The notes beneath the pieces are model-generated. The model had not been told where the DNA came from, made no database searches, and saw nothing but the letters and a program-made list of their open reading frames with translations. Made by a program: the position numbers and the translations under genes. Below, piece by piece: positions 21,565 to 32,332 of a stretch of 64,000 nt of DNA. Within the stretch, counting starts at the first letter, position 1, and the number at the start of each line of letters is the position of its first letter. This DNA is from an uncultured Alistipes sp. (lineage in GTDB: Bacteria > Bacteroidota > Bacteroidia > Bacteroidales > Rikenellaceae): the NCBI GenBank assembly GCA_900549685.1, contig UROX01000001.1, positions 133 through 64,132 on the forward strand, in the 5' to 3' direction.

Positions 21565-22629
21565 ATGGAAAAAGAATGGCTGTTCGGTAAAACGCTCCCG
21601 GAGCTGGCGGAGGTCGCCGCTTCGCTGGGCATGCCGCGTTTTGCGGCGGGGCAGCTCGCACGTTGGTTGTACCAGCGGAGCGCCGACTCGTTCGACCGGA
21701 TGACCGACCTCTCGCTCCGCCACCGCGAAGCGCTCGCCGAGCGGTACAGCGTGGGCGTCATTCCGTTCGCCGGCGTGCAGTGCTCGACGGACGGTACGAA
21801 AAAATACCTGTTTTCCACCTTGCAGGGGCGGTTCGTCGAGTCGGCCTACATTCCCGACGGAGACCGGGCCACGCTCTGCGTGTCGTCCCAGTCGGGCTGC
21901 AGGATGGGCTGCCGGTTCTGTATGACGGCCCGGCAGGGCTTCGCCCATAATCTGACCGCAGGCGAAATTCTCAACCAGATACGGTCGATCCCGGAACGGG
22001 AGAAACTCACCAACGTCGTTTATATGGGCATGGGCGAACCGCTCGACAATCTGTCCGAAGTACTGCGTTCGCTCGAGATTCTCACCTCGGACTGGGGGTA
22101 CGGATGGAGTCCTACGCGCATCACGCTTTCGACGGTGGGCGTGATTCCCGCCATGCGGGAGTTTCTGCTCCGGACGAAGGTGCATCTGGCCGTCAGCCTG
22201 CACGATCCTTTCCCCGAAGAGAGGCTCGGCATGATGCCCGCGCAGAACCGCTATCCGATCGAAGAGGTGATCGCCGAGCTTCGCAAACACGACTTCACGC
22301 ACCAGCGCCGCATCAGCTTCGAATACATCATGTTCCGCGGCGTGAACGACACGCCGGCCCATGCGGCGGCGTTGAGCCGGCTGCTCGCGGGACTCCGGTG
22401 CCGCATCAACCTCATCCGGTTCCACGCCATTCCCGACGCTCCGATGCAGGGTTCCGACGAGGCGACGATGATACGGTTCCGCGATACGCTCACCCGTAAG
22501 GGAATCGTCACGACGATCCGGGCTTCGCGGGGCGAGGACATACAGGCGGCCTGCGGTCTGCTTTCCACGCGGGAACGGGAAAAAGCCGAATCCGCCCGCC
22601 GTGCGGCCGCTTCCGGCGACGGCCGGTGA
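21565..22629 (+). CDS. rlmN: 23S rRNA (adenine2503-C2)-methyltransferase, radical SAM
   Basis: CVSSQSGCRMGCRFC, MGMGEP, VSLH, FEYIM, RGEDIQAACG; start at MEKEWL. Confidence 0.95.
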   Translation: MEKEWLFGKTLPELAEVAASLGMPRFAAGQLARWLYQRSADSFDRMTDLSLRHREALAERYSVGVIPFAGVQCSTDGTKKYLFSTLQGRFVESAYIPDGDRATLCVSSQSGCRMGCRFCMTARQGFAHNLTAGEILNQIRSIPEREKLTNVVYMGMGEPLDNLSEVLRSLEILTSDWGYGWSPTRITLSTVGVIPAMREFLLRTKVHLAVSLHDPFPEERLGMMPAQNRYPIEEVIAELRKHDFTHQRRISFEYIMFRGVNDTPAHAAALSRLLAGLRCRINLIRFHAIPDAPMQGSDEATMIRFRDTLTRKGIVTTIRASRGEDIQAACGLLSTREREKAESARRAAASGDGR

Positions 22630-22706
22630 TCCGGAACCAGCTATGGAATGACAATTGCATCTGCCGAAGGCAGGTACCGAAAGTTTACACAAAAAACCGA
22701 ACAACC

Positions 22707-23144
22707 ATGAAAAAAGCGATTATCGTATGCCTTTTCCTCTGGATGGCCGTCTCGGCCTTCGCCCAGGACACAACCGCCAAAGGGACGGTTTTCCGCACAG
22801 GCACGCTCAAGGAGTTGCTCGCGCAGGCCGGCAAAGAAGAGAAATATCTGTTCGTGGACGTCTATGCCACGTGGTGCGGTCCCTGCCGGTATATGACGGC
22901 CCGGATTTTCCCGCAGCAGAAAGTGGGCGACTATTTCAACAAAACGTTCGTCTGCGCCAAATTCGATGCCGAGAAGGGCGAAGGCATTTCCGTAGCCCGC
23001 AAATACGGGGTCCGGTCCTATCCCACATTTCTGATCCTGAACGACAAAGGCGAGGAAGTGGGGCGTGTCGTCGGTGGAGCCGAAGCCGACCGGTTCATCG
23101 CCACCGTACAGAAAGTCGTGGCGGGGATCGAAAAAGAGGAATAG
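22707..23144 (+). CDS. Exported thioredoxin-family protein
   Basis: Signal peptide ending AFA; WCGPC; cis-Pro motif SYPT. Confidence 0.88.
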   Translation: MKKAIIVCLFLWMAVSAFAQDTTAKGTVFRTGTLKELLAQAGKEEKYLFVDVYATWCGPCRYMTARIFPQQKVGDYFNKTFVCAKFDAEKGEGISVARKYGVRSYPTFLILNDKGEEVGRVVGGAEADRFIATVQKVVAGIEKEE

Positions 23145-23387
23145 AGAAGGCGTGCTGCGACCGGTCGCCCCGGACGGTCGTATCGCGGTCCGCTGCCGAG
23201 TTCGGTCGTTGAAAAGAGACGATGCCGGAGACCGGTACGGGCGACGTAACGGATTTTCGGGAAATGTTCCCCCGGCGGAGGGAATTCGACAACGGAGTGT
23301 CCGGTTCGGTCCGGGCACTTTCTTTTTTCCCGCTTTGCGGGGACCGTGCGATTAATTTGTCTATTTTTGCACGAAACGCACGTCGAT

Positions 23388-24866
23388 ATGTTGAAGAAAC
23401 TGGCCGGACAGACGGCCGTGTACGGTCTGGGGACCATCGTGTCCCGTTTTCTCAATTATCTGCTTTTCCCTTACCTGACCCGTGTGATGGGACCGGGCGA
23501 GTACGGTGTGGTGACGGACATGTACGCCCTGATTCCATTCGTGCTCGTCGTGCTGACGATGGGTCTCGAAACCGGGTACTTCCGTTTCACCGGCAAGGCC
23601 GCAGACGAGGACGAAAAACGCAAGGTCTTTTCCTCCGCATGGGGCGCCGTACTGGCCTCGGGGACGCTCTTTTTCGTGGCCGTGCTCCTTTTCCTGCCCT
23701 CGATCGCTTCGGCGATGGGGTATGCCGACCATCCGTCCTATGTCGCCGTCGTGGCGGGGATCGTGCTGCTCGACGTGGGAACGGCCATCCCGTTCGCCCG
23801 GCTGAGGCAGCAGGGCCGCGCCCTGCGTTTCGTCGCGCTGCGGGTGCTTTCGGTCGCGGTCAATCTGTTGCTGACGCTGTTTTTCTATACGGTATTGCCC
23901 TTCCTGGCCTCGCACGGCCTTTGCGGAGCGATGTACGATCCGGCCTACGGGGCCGGGTACGTGCTGGTGGCCAACCTCGTCGCCAGTCTGATCGTCGCCG
24001 CCTGTTTTCTGCCGATGTGGCGCGAAGCCCCGCCCCGCATCGACAGACGGTTGTTGGGGCGCATCATGCTCTACTCGTTCCCTATTCTGTTGAGCGGTAT
24101 CGCCGGCACGGCCAACGAGTTCATCGACCGGCAGATGATCAAATACCTGATGCCCGCTTCGGAGGCGATGGATGCGCTCGGCATCTACGGCGCCGTGGCC
24201 AAACTGGCCGCCATTCTCGTGCTGTTCACGCAGATGTACCGCTATGCCGCCGAACCTTATTTCCTGTCGGGATTCAAGAAAGACGATTTCCGGGCCGCCA
24301 ACGCTGCGGCCATGAAATATTTCATTCTGGTCGCCATCGGGATATTCCTGTTCATCGCGCTGTTCTCCGATCTGTTCGCGTTGCTTATGGGACCCGATTT
24401 CCGCGAGGGTATCGGCGTGCTGCCGCTCATCCTGCTGGCCAACGTGTGCATCGGCATCACGCTCAACCTGTCGTTCTGGTACAAACAGACCGGACGGACG
24501 CAGTATGCGCTATGGATCACCGGTACGGGGTTGCTCGTAACCGTGCTGCTCAACGTGTTGCTCGTACCCCGTTTCGGTTATGCGGGGGCGGCATGGGCGC
24601 GGCTGGTCTGCGAGGCGGTCATGGTGGCGGTGAGCTATGCGTTGTGCCGCAGGTTCTATCCGGTGCCCTACGATCTGCGGCGCATCGGAGCATATTTTCT
24701 CGTCGGAGCGGCAGTGTTCGGATGCTCCCGCCTGACGGCGATGTGGCCTCCCGCAGCCGAATACGCTGCGAATCTGCTGCTGCTCATCGGGTTCGGATTC
24801 TTCGCCGTGCGATGCGAGAAGATAGACGTGAAAGCCTTGTTCGGAACGATTCTCAAAAAACGATAA
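23388..24866 (+). CDS. Polysaccharide/oligosaccharide flippase (Wzx/MATE-like)
   Basis: [37 protein letters not shown]; many TM helices; -7 box TATTTTTG at 23362-23369. Confidence 0.85.
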   Translation: MLKKLAGQTAVYGLGTIVSRFLNYLLFPYLTRVMGPGEYGVVTDMYALIPFVLVVLTMGLETGYFRFTGKAADEDEKRKVFSSAWGAVLASGTLFFVAVLLFLPSIASAMGYADHPSYVAVVAGIVLLDVGTAIPFARLRQQGRALRFVALRVLSVAVNLLLTLFFYTVLPFLASHGLCGAMYDPAYGAGYVLVANLVASLIVAACFLPMWREAPPRIDRRLLGRIMLYSFPILLSGIAGTANEFIDRQMIKYLMPASEAMDALGIYGAVAKLAAILVLFTQMYRYAAEPYFLSGFKKDDFRAANAAAMKYFILVAIGIFLFIALFSDLFALLMGPDFREGIGVLPLILLANVCIGITLNLSFWYKQTGRTQYALWITGTGLLVTVLLNVLLVPRFGYAGAAWARLVCEAVMVAVSYALCRRFYPVPYDLRRIGAYFLVGAAVFGCSRLTAMWPPAAEYAANLLLLIGFGFFAVRCEKIDVKALFGTILKKR

Positions 24867-24870
24867 CGAT

Positions 24871-25305
24871 ATGAAAGTGAAAGTAATCAACCGTTCGCCC
24901 TACGATCTGCCGCAGTATGAGACGGCGCAGGCCGCCGGACTCGACGTGCGGGCCGACCTGCGCGAGAGCGTCGTACTCGGTCCGCTCGAACGGACGCTGG
25001 TGCCGACCGGGCTGTATGTCGAAATTCCCGAGGGATATGAAATTCAGGTGCGGCCCCGCAGCGGACTGGCTGCCCGACACGGCATTTCGCTGGTCAATGC
25101 GCCGGGAACGATCGATCCCGACTACCGGGGCGAGATCAAAGTGATCGTCGTGAACCTCTCGAACGAGCCTTTCGAGCTCAAGCCCGGCGAACGCATCGCC
25201 CAGTTGGTCGTGGCGCAATTTACGCGCATCGAGTGGGAAACGGTGGACAGCCTGACCTCCACGGACCGGGGCGAAGGCGGCTTCGGCTCGACGGGCAGGC
25301 GGTAA
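24871..25305 (+). CDS. dut: dUTP diphosphatase
   Basis: [38 protein letters not shown]. Confidence 0.98.
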   Translation: MKVKVINRSPYDLPQYETAQAAGLDVRADLRESVVLGPLERTLVPTGLYVEIPEGYEIQVRPRSGLAARHGISLVNAPGTIDPDYRGEIKVIVVNLSNEPFELKPGERIAQLVVAQFTRIEWETVDSLTSTDRGEGGFGSTGRR

Positions 25306-25506
25306 GAGGCGGTTTCTAACATTCTTATGCGGAATGCCGGTCGGGTCCGATCGCTGCCCCACAGGGCCGGCAGGTCGTGCATCCGGCGGACCTGCCGTGG
25401 CTCCGGAAGTCGGGGGATTGCGGTCCGGAAACGGAATATACAACCGTACGAAGGATGGCTGTTGGAACTTTCCTGATTACGAATAGAAAACGATAAAACG
25501 AAGAGA

Positions 25507-26919
25507 ATGGATATACGAGGACAATACGGCGGTTTCGTCCGCCGGGTATTGCTGGCCGTCGGTCTGGCCGTGTCGTCGGCGATGCCGGGTTGCAAGAGCA
25601 GTTGCGGCGGTGAAGGCGAAGATGCGGGCATACGGCTGAGCGTGGCGCCGTCGGAACTCTCCTTTGCGGCCGAAGGCGGAACGCAGACGCTCGCTTTGGA
25701 TGCAAACGGTCCCTGGACCGTCGAATTGCCCGAAGACGGGGCGTGGATCTCGCTTTCGGTAGACAAAGGCTCCGCCTCGGCGCGGATTGCCGTGACGGCG
25801 GACCGTTACATCGGAACGTCGGACCGTCATACCGCGCTTACGATAAAATACGACGGCGGCACCCAATCGGGGACGGTCCGCATCGGGCAGGCGAAACCGC
25901 AGGCCGGGCGTCCCGATACGGAAGGTACGGCCAATTGCTACATGGTCGCCCCCGGATCGGTACAGCTTATCGAAGCGGTCTGCCGGGGCAACTCCCGTAC
26001 GGAAAAAATCGGTCGCTGGACAACGGCCGAACTGTTGTGGCAGGACGAGAGAGGACTGATCCGCACGGTCGAGTACGATTCGGCATTGCAGACGATTCTC
26101 TTCTCGACCGCCCCGAAGAGCGGCAACGCTTCCATCGGGGTGCGCGACGAGACCGGACGCATCCTCTGGAGCTGGCATATCTGGGTGACGGACTACGATC
26201 CTGCCGCCGGAATCTACTCCTATACATCCCCGACCGGAACGGAGTGGACCTTCATGGACCGCAATTTGGGTGCGACGAGTGCGAAACCGGGCGATTTCGG
26301 TGCGTTCGGCCTGCTGTACCAATGGGGGCGCAAGGACCCGTTCACCGCTGCGGCCGGATTCTCCGAGACCGCTCCGCAGGAACGTCCGCTGTACGACATC
26401 GAAGGCCGCGCCCTGCCTTCGATGAGCAGTCTGGCCGACGGATACGGGCGGCTCGATCTGAGTATCGAGAACCCGATGACATTTTACGGTACGCGCTATG
26501 CCACCGCCGACTGGAGCGAGGAGTCGGACGACGACCGCTGGGGAGGCGAATCGTTCCGGAAAACCGCTTACGACCCTTGTCCCGCGGGCTGGAAGGTGCC
26601 CGTATGCGATGCTCAGGGGCGCTCTCCCTACGATTTCATTACCTACGACGGTTCCACGTGGAGCGAATCCATGCACGGGCTTCTCTGCGACGGCGTGTGG
26701 TTCCCGGCCGCAGGAAGCCGGGAGAACGGAAACGGGCAGTTGCATTGTACGGGAGGGTATGCCGGCATGTGGATCGGCACGGCCGGTACGGCGAGCATCG
26801 ATCCGGCTTTTCCCCAGTTGTACGCCCAATACATGATGGTTATGTGGGACGAACGCATGCTCCGCACCCTCAAGGACTTCCGTTCGCAGGGACTGTCCGT
26901 CCGCTGCGTGAGGGAATAG
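25507..26919 (+). CDS. BACON-domain lipoprotein with fimbrial-tip/Fib_succ_major-like C-terminal domain
   Basis: Lipobox-like AMPGC; BACON-like ELSFAAEGG..WTV..WIS; ANCY, ILWSWHIWVT, MDRNLGA, YQWGRKDP, DPCPAGWKVP, SVRCVRE. Confidence 0.8.
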   Translation: MDIRGQYGGFVRRVLLAVGLAVSSAMPGCKSSCGGEGEDAGIRLSVAPSELSFAAEGGTQTLALDANGPWTVELPEDGAWISLSVDKGSASARIAVTADRYIGTSDRHTALTIKYDGGTQSGTVRIGQAKPQAGRPDTEGTANCYMVAPGSVQLIEAVCRGNSRTEKIGRWTTAELLWQDERGLIRTVEYDSALQTILFSTAPKSGNASIGVRDETGRILWSWHIWVTDYDPAAGIYSYTSPTGTEWTFMDRNLGATSAKPGDFGAFGLLYQWGRKDPFTAAAGFSETAPQERPLYDIEGRALPSMSSLADGYGRLDLSIENPMTFYGTRYATADWSEESDDDRWGGESFRKTAYDPCPAGWKVPVCDAQGRSPYDFITYDGSTWSESMHGLLCDGVWFPAAGSRENGNGQLHCTGGYAGMWIGTAGTASIDPAFPQLYAQYMMVMWDERMLRTLKDFRSQGLSVRCVRE

Positions 26920-27273
26920 CGCACGGGAATCGAACCATCCGAGGTCCGCAAGAGAAAAGGCGATACGGACGCGCTGCCTATCCCTGCGAGCGGCGACGAC
27001 TGTCCCGGAAGGAGAACGTCCGCCCCCGGACACGCCAAGCCACAGCCTTTCCCCGGAATCTTCCGCTCCCGGAGGCAAAGTTTCGGCACCGACCGCCTCC
27101 GAGACCATCCGGCACGACAGCCCGGCCGCATCCCCCGAAGAGAGACACCGTACCCGATTCCGCGACGGAGACGGAAATCCGGAAATCGGCGCTTCGCGGT
27201 CGGACTTTTGAAGAAAAAGCCGTATATTTATCCGATTTTGGAACTCCGATTTTAACTCATTAAACCCATACCC

Positions 27274-30200
27274 GTGAATAAGGAAATCAAAAAAGTCATC
27301 GTGCTCGGTTCGGGCGCGCTCAAGATCGGGCAGGCGGGCGAGTTCGACTACTCCGGCTCGCAGGCGCTCAAGGCCCTCAAAGAAGAAGGTATCTCCACGG
27401 TGCTCATCAACCCGAATATCGCGACGATACAGACTTCCGAAGGCATTGCGGACCGGGTCTATTTCCTGCCCGTAACGCCCTACTTCGTCGAGGAAATCAT
27501 CAAGAAAGAGAGACCCGACGGCATCCTGCTGGCCTTCGGCGGGCAAACGGCCCTGAACTGCGGAACGGAACTCTCGCAGAACGGCACGTTGCAGAAATAC
27601 GGCGTCGAGGTGCTGGGCACGTCGGTCGAGGCGATCATGACGACCGAAGACCGTGACCTGTTCGTCAAGAAACTCGACGAGATCGGTATCAAGACGCCGG
27701 TCAGCCAGGCCGTCGAAACGATGGAGGATGCGCTGGCCGCCGCCGAGCGGATCGGGTTCCCGGTCATGGTCCGGTCGGCCTACGCGCTGGGCGGTCTGGG
27801 TAGCGGCATCAGCCGGACGCCCGAAGAATTCCGCTCGCTGTGCGAAAGTTCGTTCGCCTATTCCAAGCAGATCCTTGTCGAAGAGTCGCTCAAGGGATGG
27901 AAAGAGATCGAGTTCGAAGTGATCCGCGACCGCAACGACCACTGTTTCACGGTGGCCAGCATGGAGAACTTCGACCCGCTGGGCATCCACACCGGCGAGA
28001 GCATCGTCGTCGCTCCGACCTGTTCGCTGGACGAAGGCGAACTGACGATGTTGCAGGAACTGTCCAAAAAGATCATCCGTCACATCGGCATCGTGGGCGA
28101 GTGCAACATCCAGTATGCGTTCAACTCCGAGACGGACGACTACCGCGTGATCGAGGTGAACGCACGCCTGAGCCGGTCATCGGCCCTCGCTTCCAAAGCG
28201 ACGGGTTACCCGCTGGCCTTCGTGGCGGCCAAGCTGGCGCTAGGCTACACGCTCGACCAGATCGGCGAGATGGATACGCCCAACTCGGCCTACGTCGCTC
28301 CGTCGCTCGACTATCTGATCTGCAAGATCCCGCGCTGGGACCTCAGCAAATTCGTCGGCGTGTCGCGCGAGATCGGATCGAGCATGAAATCGGTCGGCGA
28401 GATCATGTCGATCGGCAAGTCGTTCGAGGAGATCATCCAGAAAGGGCTGCGCATGATCGGGCAGGGCATGCACGGATTCGTCGGCAACCCGGAACTCGAA
28501 TTCGAAAATCTGGACGAAGAGCTGTCACACCCGACGGACCTGCGCATTTTCGCCATCGCCAAGGCGTTCGAACAGGGCTACTCGATCGACCGGATCTACG
28601 AACTGACCAAAATCGACCCGTGGTTCCTCGGCAAACTGAAAAACATTTACGACTACTCGCTGGTTCTCGCCGGATACGACAGGATCGAGGACCAGCCCGC
28701 CGACGTGCTGTTGGAGGCCAAACGGCTCGGATTCTCCGATTTCCAGATCGCCCGTTTCGTCGAAAATCCGGAAGGCAATCTCGAACGCGAATCGCTCCGG
28801 GTGCGCACCGCCCGTAAGAAGGCCGGCGTGCTTCCCTCGGTCAAACGCATCAACACGGTGGCGTCCGACAACCCGGACCTGACCAATTACCTCTATATGA
28901 CCTACGACGGGTCGGACCACGACATTCCCTATTTCAAGAACGACAAGTCGGTGGTCGTGCTCGGATCGGGCGCCTACCGCATCGGCAGCTCCGTCGAATT
29001 CGACTGGTGTTCGGTCAATGCCGTGCAGACGGCCCGCAAGCTCGGCTACAAGTCGATCATGATCAACTACAATCCCGAGACGGTATCGACCGACTACGAC
29101 ATGTGCGACCGGCTCTATTTCGACGAGCTGTCGTTCGAACGCGTGCTCGACGTGCTGGACCTCGAAGTACCCAAGGGCGTGATCGTGTCGGTGGGCGGAC
29201 AGATTCCGAACAATCTGGCCATCCGGCTCTACCGGCAGGATATTCCCGTGCTCGGCACCTCGCCGCTGTCGATCGACCGGGCCGAGAACCGGCATAAATT
29301 CTCGAGCATGCTCGACCAGTTGGGCATCGACCAGCCGGCGTGGAAAGAGCTTTCGCATATGGACGAAGTGTACGAATTCGTCGAGAAAGTCGGCTATCCG
29401 GTCCTGGTACGTCCGTCCTACGTACTTTCGGGTGCCGCGATGAACGTATGCCACGACGCCGAAGAACTGAACACGTTCCTGAAGCTGGCGGCCAAAGTGT
29501 CGAAGGAATATCCCGTCGTCGTGTCGCAGTTTCTGCAGAATGCCAAGGAAATCGAGTTCGACGCCGTGGCCCACGACGGCGAGGTGGTCGAATACGCCAT
29601 TTCGGAACACGTCGAATTCGCCGGCGTACACTCGGGCGACGCCACGCTGGTGTTCCCGCCTCAGAAAATCTATTTCGAAACGGCCCGGCGTATCAAGAAG
29701 ATCAGCCGCAAGATCGCCCGCGAACTGAACATCAGCGGTCCGTTCAACATCCAGTTCCTGGCCAAGAACAACGAGGTGAAAGTCATCGAGTGCAACCTGC
29801 GTGCCTCGCGCAGCTTCCCGTTCGTGTCGAAGGTCCTCAAACGGAACTTCATCGAAACGGCGACGCGCATCATGCTCGGCGCTCCGTACCAGAAACCCGG
29901 CAACAACGAGTTCGACATCGACTGGATCGGCGTGAAATCGTCTCAGTTCTCGTTCTCGCGACTCCATAATGCCGACCCGGTGCTGAGTGTGGACATGTCC
30001 TCGACGGGAGAGGTCGGTTGCATAGGCGACGATTTCGACGAGGCACTGCTCACGTCGATGATCTCGGTGGGCTACCGCATTCCGCGCAAAAACGTCATGG
30101 TCTCGTCCGGCGACAGCAAGTCGAAAGTGGACCTGCTGGATGCTTGTCGCTTGTTGCAGCAACACGGCTACGAAATCTTCGCGACGGCGGGTACCGAACG

Positions 30201-30492
30201 GTTCCTCGCCGACCACGGCATTGCAGCCCAAACGGTGGGATGGCCCGACGAAGGCAACGGCTACAACGTGATGGACATGATCGCCGGACACCAGTTCGAT
30301 CTGATCGTCAATATCCCCAAGAACCACACGCGCCGCGAACTGACCAACGGCTACCGGATCCGGCGGGGTGCCATCGACCACAACATTCCGCTGATTACCA
30401 ACGCCCGTCTGGCAAGCGCGTTCATCCGGGCATTCTGCCAGATCAAAGAAGAAAATATTCCGATCAAGAGCTGGCAGGAGTACAAACTGTAA
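27274..30492 (+). CDS. carB: Carbamoyl-phosphate synthase large subunit (GTG start)
   Basis: GSGALKIGQAGEFDYSG, NPNIAT, GWKEIE, HTGES, EVNARLSRSS, NYNPETVSTD, HSGDA, C-terminal MGS domain. Confidence 0.97.
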   Translation: MNKEIKKVIVLGSGALKIGQAGEFDYSGSQALKALKEEGISTVLINPNIATIQTSEGIADRVYFLPVTPYFVEEIIKKERPDGILLAFGGQTALNCGTELSQNGTLQKYGVEVLGTSVEAIMTTEDRDLFVKKLDEIGIKTPVSQAVETMEDALAAAERIGFPVMVRSAYALGGLGSGISRTPEEFRSLCESSFAYSKQILVEESLKGWKEIEFEVIRDRNDHCFTVASMENFDPLGIHTGESIVVAPTCSLDEGELTMLQELSKKIIRHIGIVGECNIQYAFNSETDDYRVIEVNARLSRSSALASKATGYPLAFVAAKLALGYTLDQIGEMDTPNSAYVAPSLDYLICKIPRWDLSKFVGVSREIGSSMKSVGEIMSIGKSFEEIIQKGLRMIGQGMHGFVGNPELEFENLDEELSHPTDLRIFAIAKAFEQGYSIDRIYELTKIDPWFLGKLKNIYDYSLVLAGYDRIEDQPADVLLEAKRLGFSDFQIARFVENPEGNLERESLRVRTARKKAGVLPSVKRINTVASDNPDLTNYLYMTYDGSDHDIPYFKNDKSVVVLGSGAYRIGSSVEFDWCSVNAVQTARKLGYKSIMINYNPETVSTDYDMCDRLYFDELSFERVLDVLDLEVPKGVIVSVGGQIPNNLAIRLYRQDIPVLGTSPLSIDRAENRHKFSSMLDQLGIDQPAWKELSHMDEVYEFVEKVGYPVLVRPSYVLSGAAMNVCHDAEELNTFLKLAAKVSKEYPVVVSQFLQNAKEIEFDAVAHDGEVVEYAISEHVEFAGVHSGDATLVFPPQKIYFETARRIKKISRKIARELNISGPFNIQFLAKNNEVKVIECNLRASRSFPFVSKVLKRNFIETATRIMLGAPYQKPGNNEFDIDWIGVKSSQFSFSRLHNADPVLSVDMSSTGEVGCIGDDFDEALLTSMISVGYRIPRKNVMVSSGDSKSKVDLLDACRLLQQHGYEIFATAGTERFLADHGIAAQTVGWPDEGNGYNVMDMIAGHQFDLIVNIPKNHTRRELTNGYRIRRGAIDHNIPLITNARLASAFIRAFCQIKEENIPIKSWQEYKL

Positions 30493-30513
30493 TCCTTTCC
30501 GGCCCTAATAAAA

Positions 30514-30553
30514 CGCAACCTGCCCGGAACTTCGGTTCCGGGCAGGTTGTGTT
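30514..30553. terminator. Strong hairpin with cUUCGg loop after carB
   Basis: CAACCTGCCCGGAAC-TTCG-GTTCCGGGCAGGTTG. Confidence 0.7.
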
Positions 30554-30880
30554 ATTACATATTACGCATGGCCGTATTTCATGCGCAGGCTTTTCATTCC
30601 AGCCCCGTATGCGCCGTTATGAAAGACGAACGTTATTCGTTCCCCCTCTCTCGCTTCGAAGAACCATGAATCGCCGTTTCACTCCCGCTTCGAATCGATC
30701 CGTCCCCCCGGAATATGCACCGGTATCCGGACGACGAAAAGCCCGACCGAAATCGTCTTCGAAAGCGAACGACGGGTCCTGCAAGCGAAAAACCGACCGG
30801 GTCACGGACCGGAATCCGACAATTCCGTTCCACAACACAGCACGCTGTCGCCGGGAAAGCGGACTTTCCCCGTCCGTTCT

Positions 30881-31405
30881 TTACAACGGAGCTGTGGAGA
30901 AAGCCGGTTCGGAAATGACCTTGACCCGTTTCCAATGCTCGTGGAGCACCCGGGTTCCCTTGGTACTTTTGCAATCGACGACCATATAATCCGGAGTAAC
31001 CATGCGGTAGCAGACCTCGATTGTCGGCCACGCACGGTGCATACCCTGAAGACTGCCGCTCACTTTCTCCAGACAGGTCGAATCCGATGTAACTTCATAC
31101 ATGCCGTAATGTACGATCGTAGGCGATATGCCGTGTACATATGTCGATATACGGAACGAAGAATCGGGAAGAACGGGAATATCGCACCGGTTTACGGAGA
31201 ACACCAGATAGGTCCCGTCCGGATGGTAGATCTTGAATTCCGGCAACGGATAAGTAAACGTGCTGTCCATGCGGAAGGTCTTTTCGCGGGGCGGCTCGAC
31301 TCGTTGCCAGAAACCGGCCAGCGATTTCGATTCGATGAAGTGTTCCTGTGCACGGCAGGACAATGCGACGATGCACAGAGAAAAAACGACCATGATCTTT
31401 TGCAT
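30881..31405 (-). CDS. Exported hypothetical protein, DUF4488-like
   Basis: Signal peptide MQKIMVVFSLCIVALSCRA; LAGFWQ, FKIYHPDGTY, YGMYEV, EHWKRV. Confidence 0.6.
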   Translation of the reverse strand: MQKIMVVFSLCIVALSCRAQEHFIESKSLAGFWQRVEPPREKTFRMDSTFTYPLPEFKIYHPDGTYLVFSVNRCDIPVLPDSSFRISTYVHGISPTIVHYGMYEVTSDSTCLEKVSGSLQGMHRAWPTIEVCYRMVTPDYMVVDCKSTKGTRVLHEHWKRVKVISEPAFSTAPL

Positions 31406-31619
31406 AATGGGAAAAATTTGAGAAAATATAAATAATTCGTTTACGACGCCTTTTGCCGACCGTAATCGGCCCGGAGGTGCATACGACTCGTGACCGAAGA
31501 CAGTCTTTCGCATCCGACGCATTACCGCAATATACGAAAAAACGAGTCTTATTTCCATCCGGACGAGGCATAAATAATTGATTTTCTTCCCTCGAGGCAC
31601 CTCCCGGACATAAACGGCA

Positions 31620-31652
31620 AAAAGGGGAAAGCTCGCTACGCTTTCCCCTTTT
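31620..31652 (-). terminator. Intrinsic terminator after the DUF4293 gene (symmetric)
   Basis: AAAAGGGGAAAGC-loop-GCTTTCCCCTTTT. Confidence 0.7.
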
Positions 31653-31680
31653 CGATCTATTGCAACTGTCGTCCGCCGGA

Positions 31681-32145
31681 CTACCGGATACGGTCGAGCG
31701 ACCGGACCAACTTCTCGTCCCGGACGATTCCCCGCTGCGCCAACAGCACGGCCACGATGGCCACGAGAGGAAGGAATGCCGCGAACGACAGGCTGCGGAG
31801 CGCCATCGTTTCGGGCAATGCCGACAGGTACCCGACCGTCAGGCCGCAAGCGACCGCCAGCACGACGATCTGTGCGACACACAGTTTCCGCTGCGCGTTT
31901 CTGTTCCGGTAAAGGAAAATCGTCACGAGCGACACGACACCCGACAGAGCCAGCAACAGAGCGGCAGAAAGGTTCGCCCATCCTCCGCTGTACGAACATG
32001 CGGCGACAGGATCGTCGAAACCCCAGATCGAAACCTTACAGAGGGCATCGGGACCGCATGCCGACACAGCCAGCGGCAGAAACAGCGGCAGCACCGTACA
32101 GGCGGCTGCCAGAAACAGGTATAAGGACTGAATGCGTTGTATCAT
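31681..32145 (-). CDS. DUF4293 family membrane protein
   Basis: MIQRIQSLYL start, IFLYRNR..Q, end GIVRDEKLVRSLDRIR. Confidence 0.88.
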   Translation of the reverse strand: MIQRIQSLYLFLAAACTVLPLFLPLAVSACGPDALCKVSIWGFDDPVAACSYSGGWANLSAALLLALSGVVSLVTIFLYRNRNAQRKLCVAQIVVLAVACGLTVGYLSALPETMALRSLSFAAFLPLVAIVAVLLAQRGIVRDEKLVRSLDRIR

Positions 32146-32332
32146 CTTTTCGTTCGTTTTTCAGTTTTCATTCGTATTCGGAATGCCCGTCCGAGATTCC
32201 GGGACGATTCTCCGTGCCGGTCCGGGGGACAGAAGACGGCCCGGAACAGACGGGCCGCTTTCGGAATGTTTTCGGGCCGTCGCAGCCCCGACTCTTACCG
32301 GAACCGGACGACGGGGCGTCGGAGGCCTCTGC

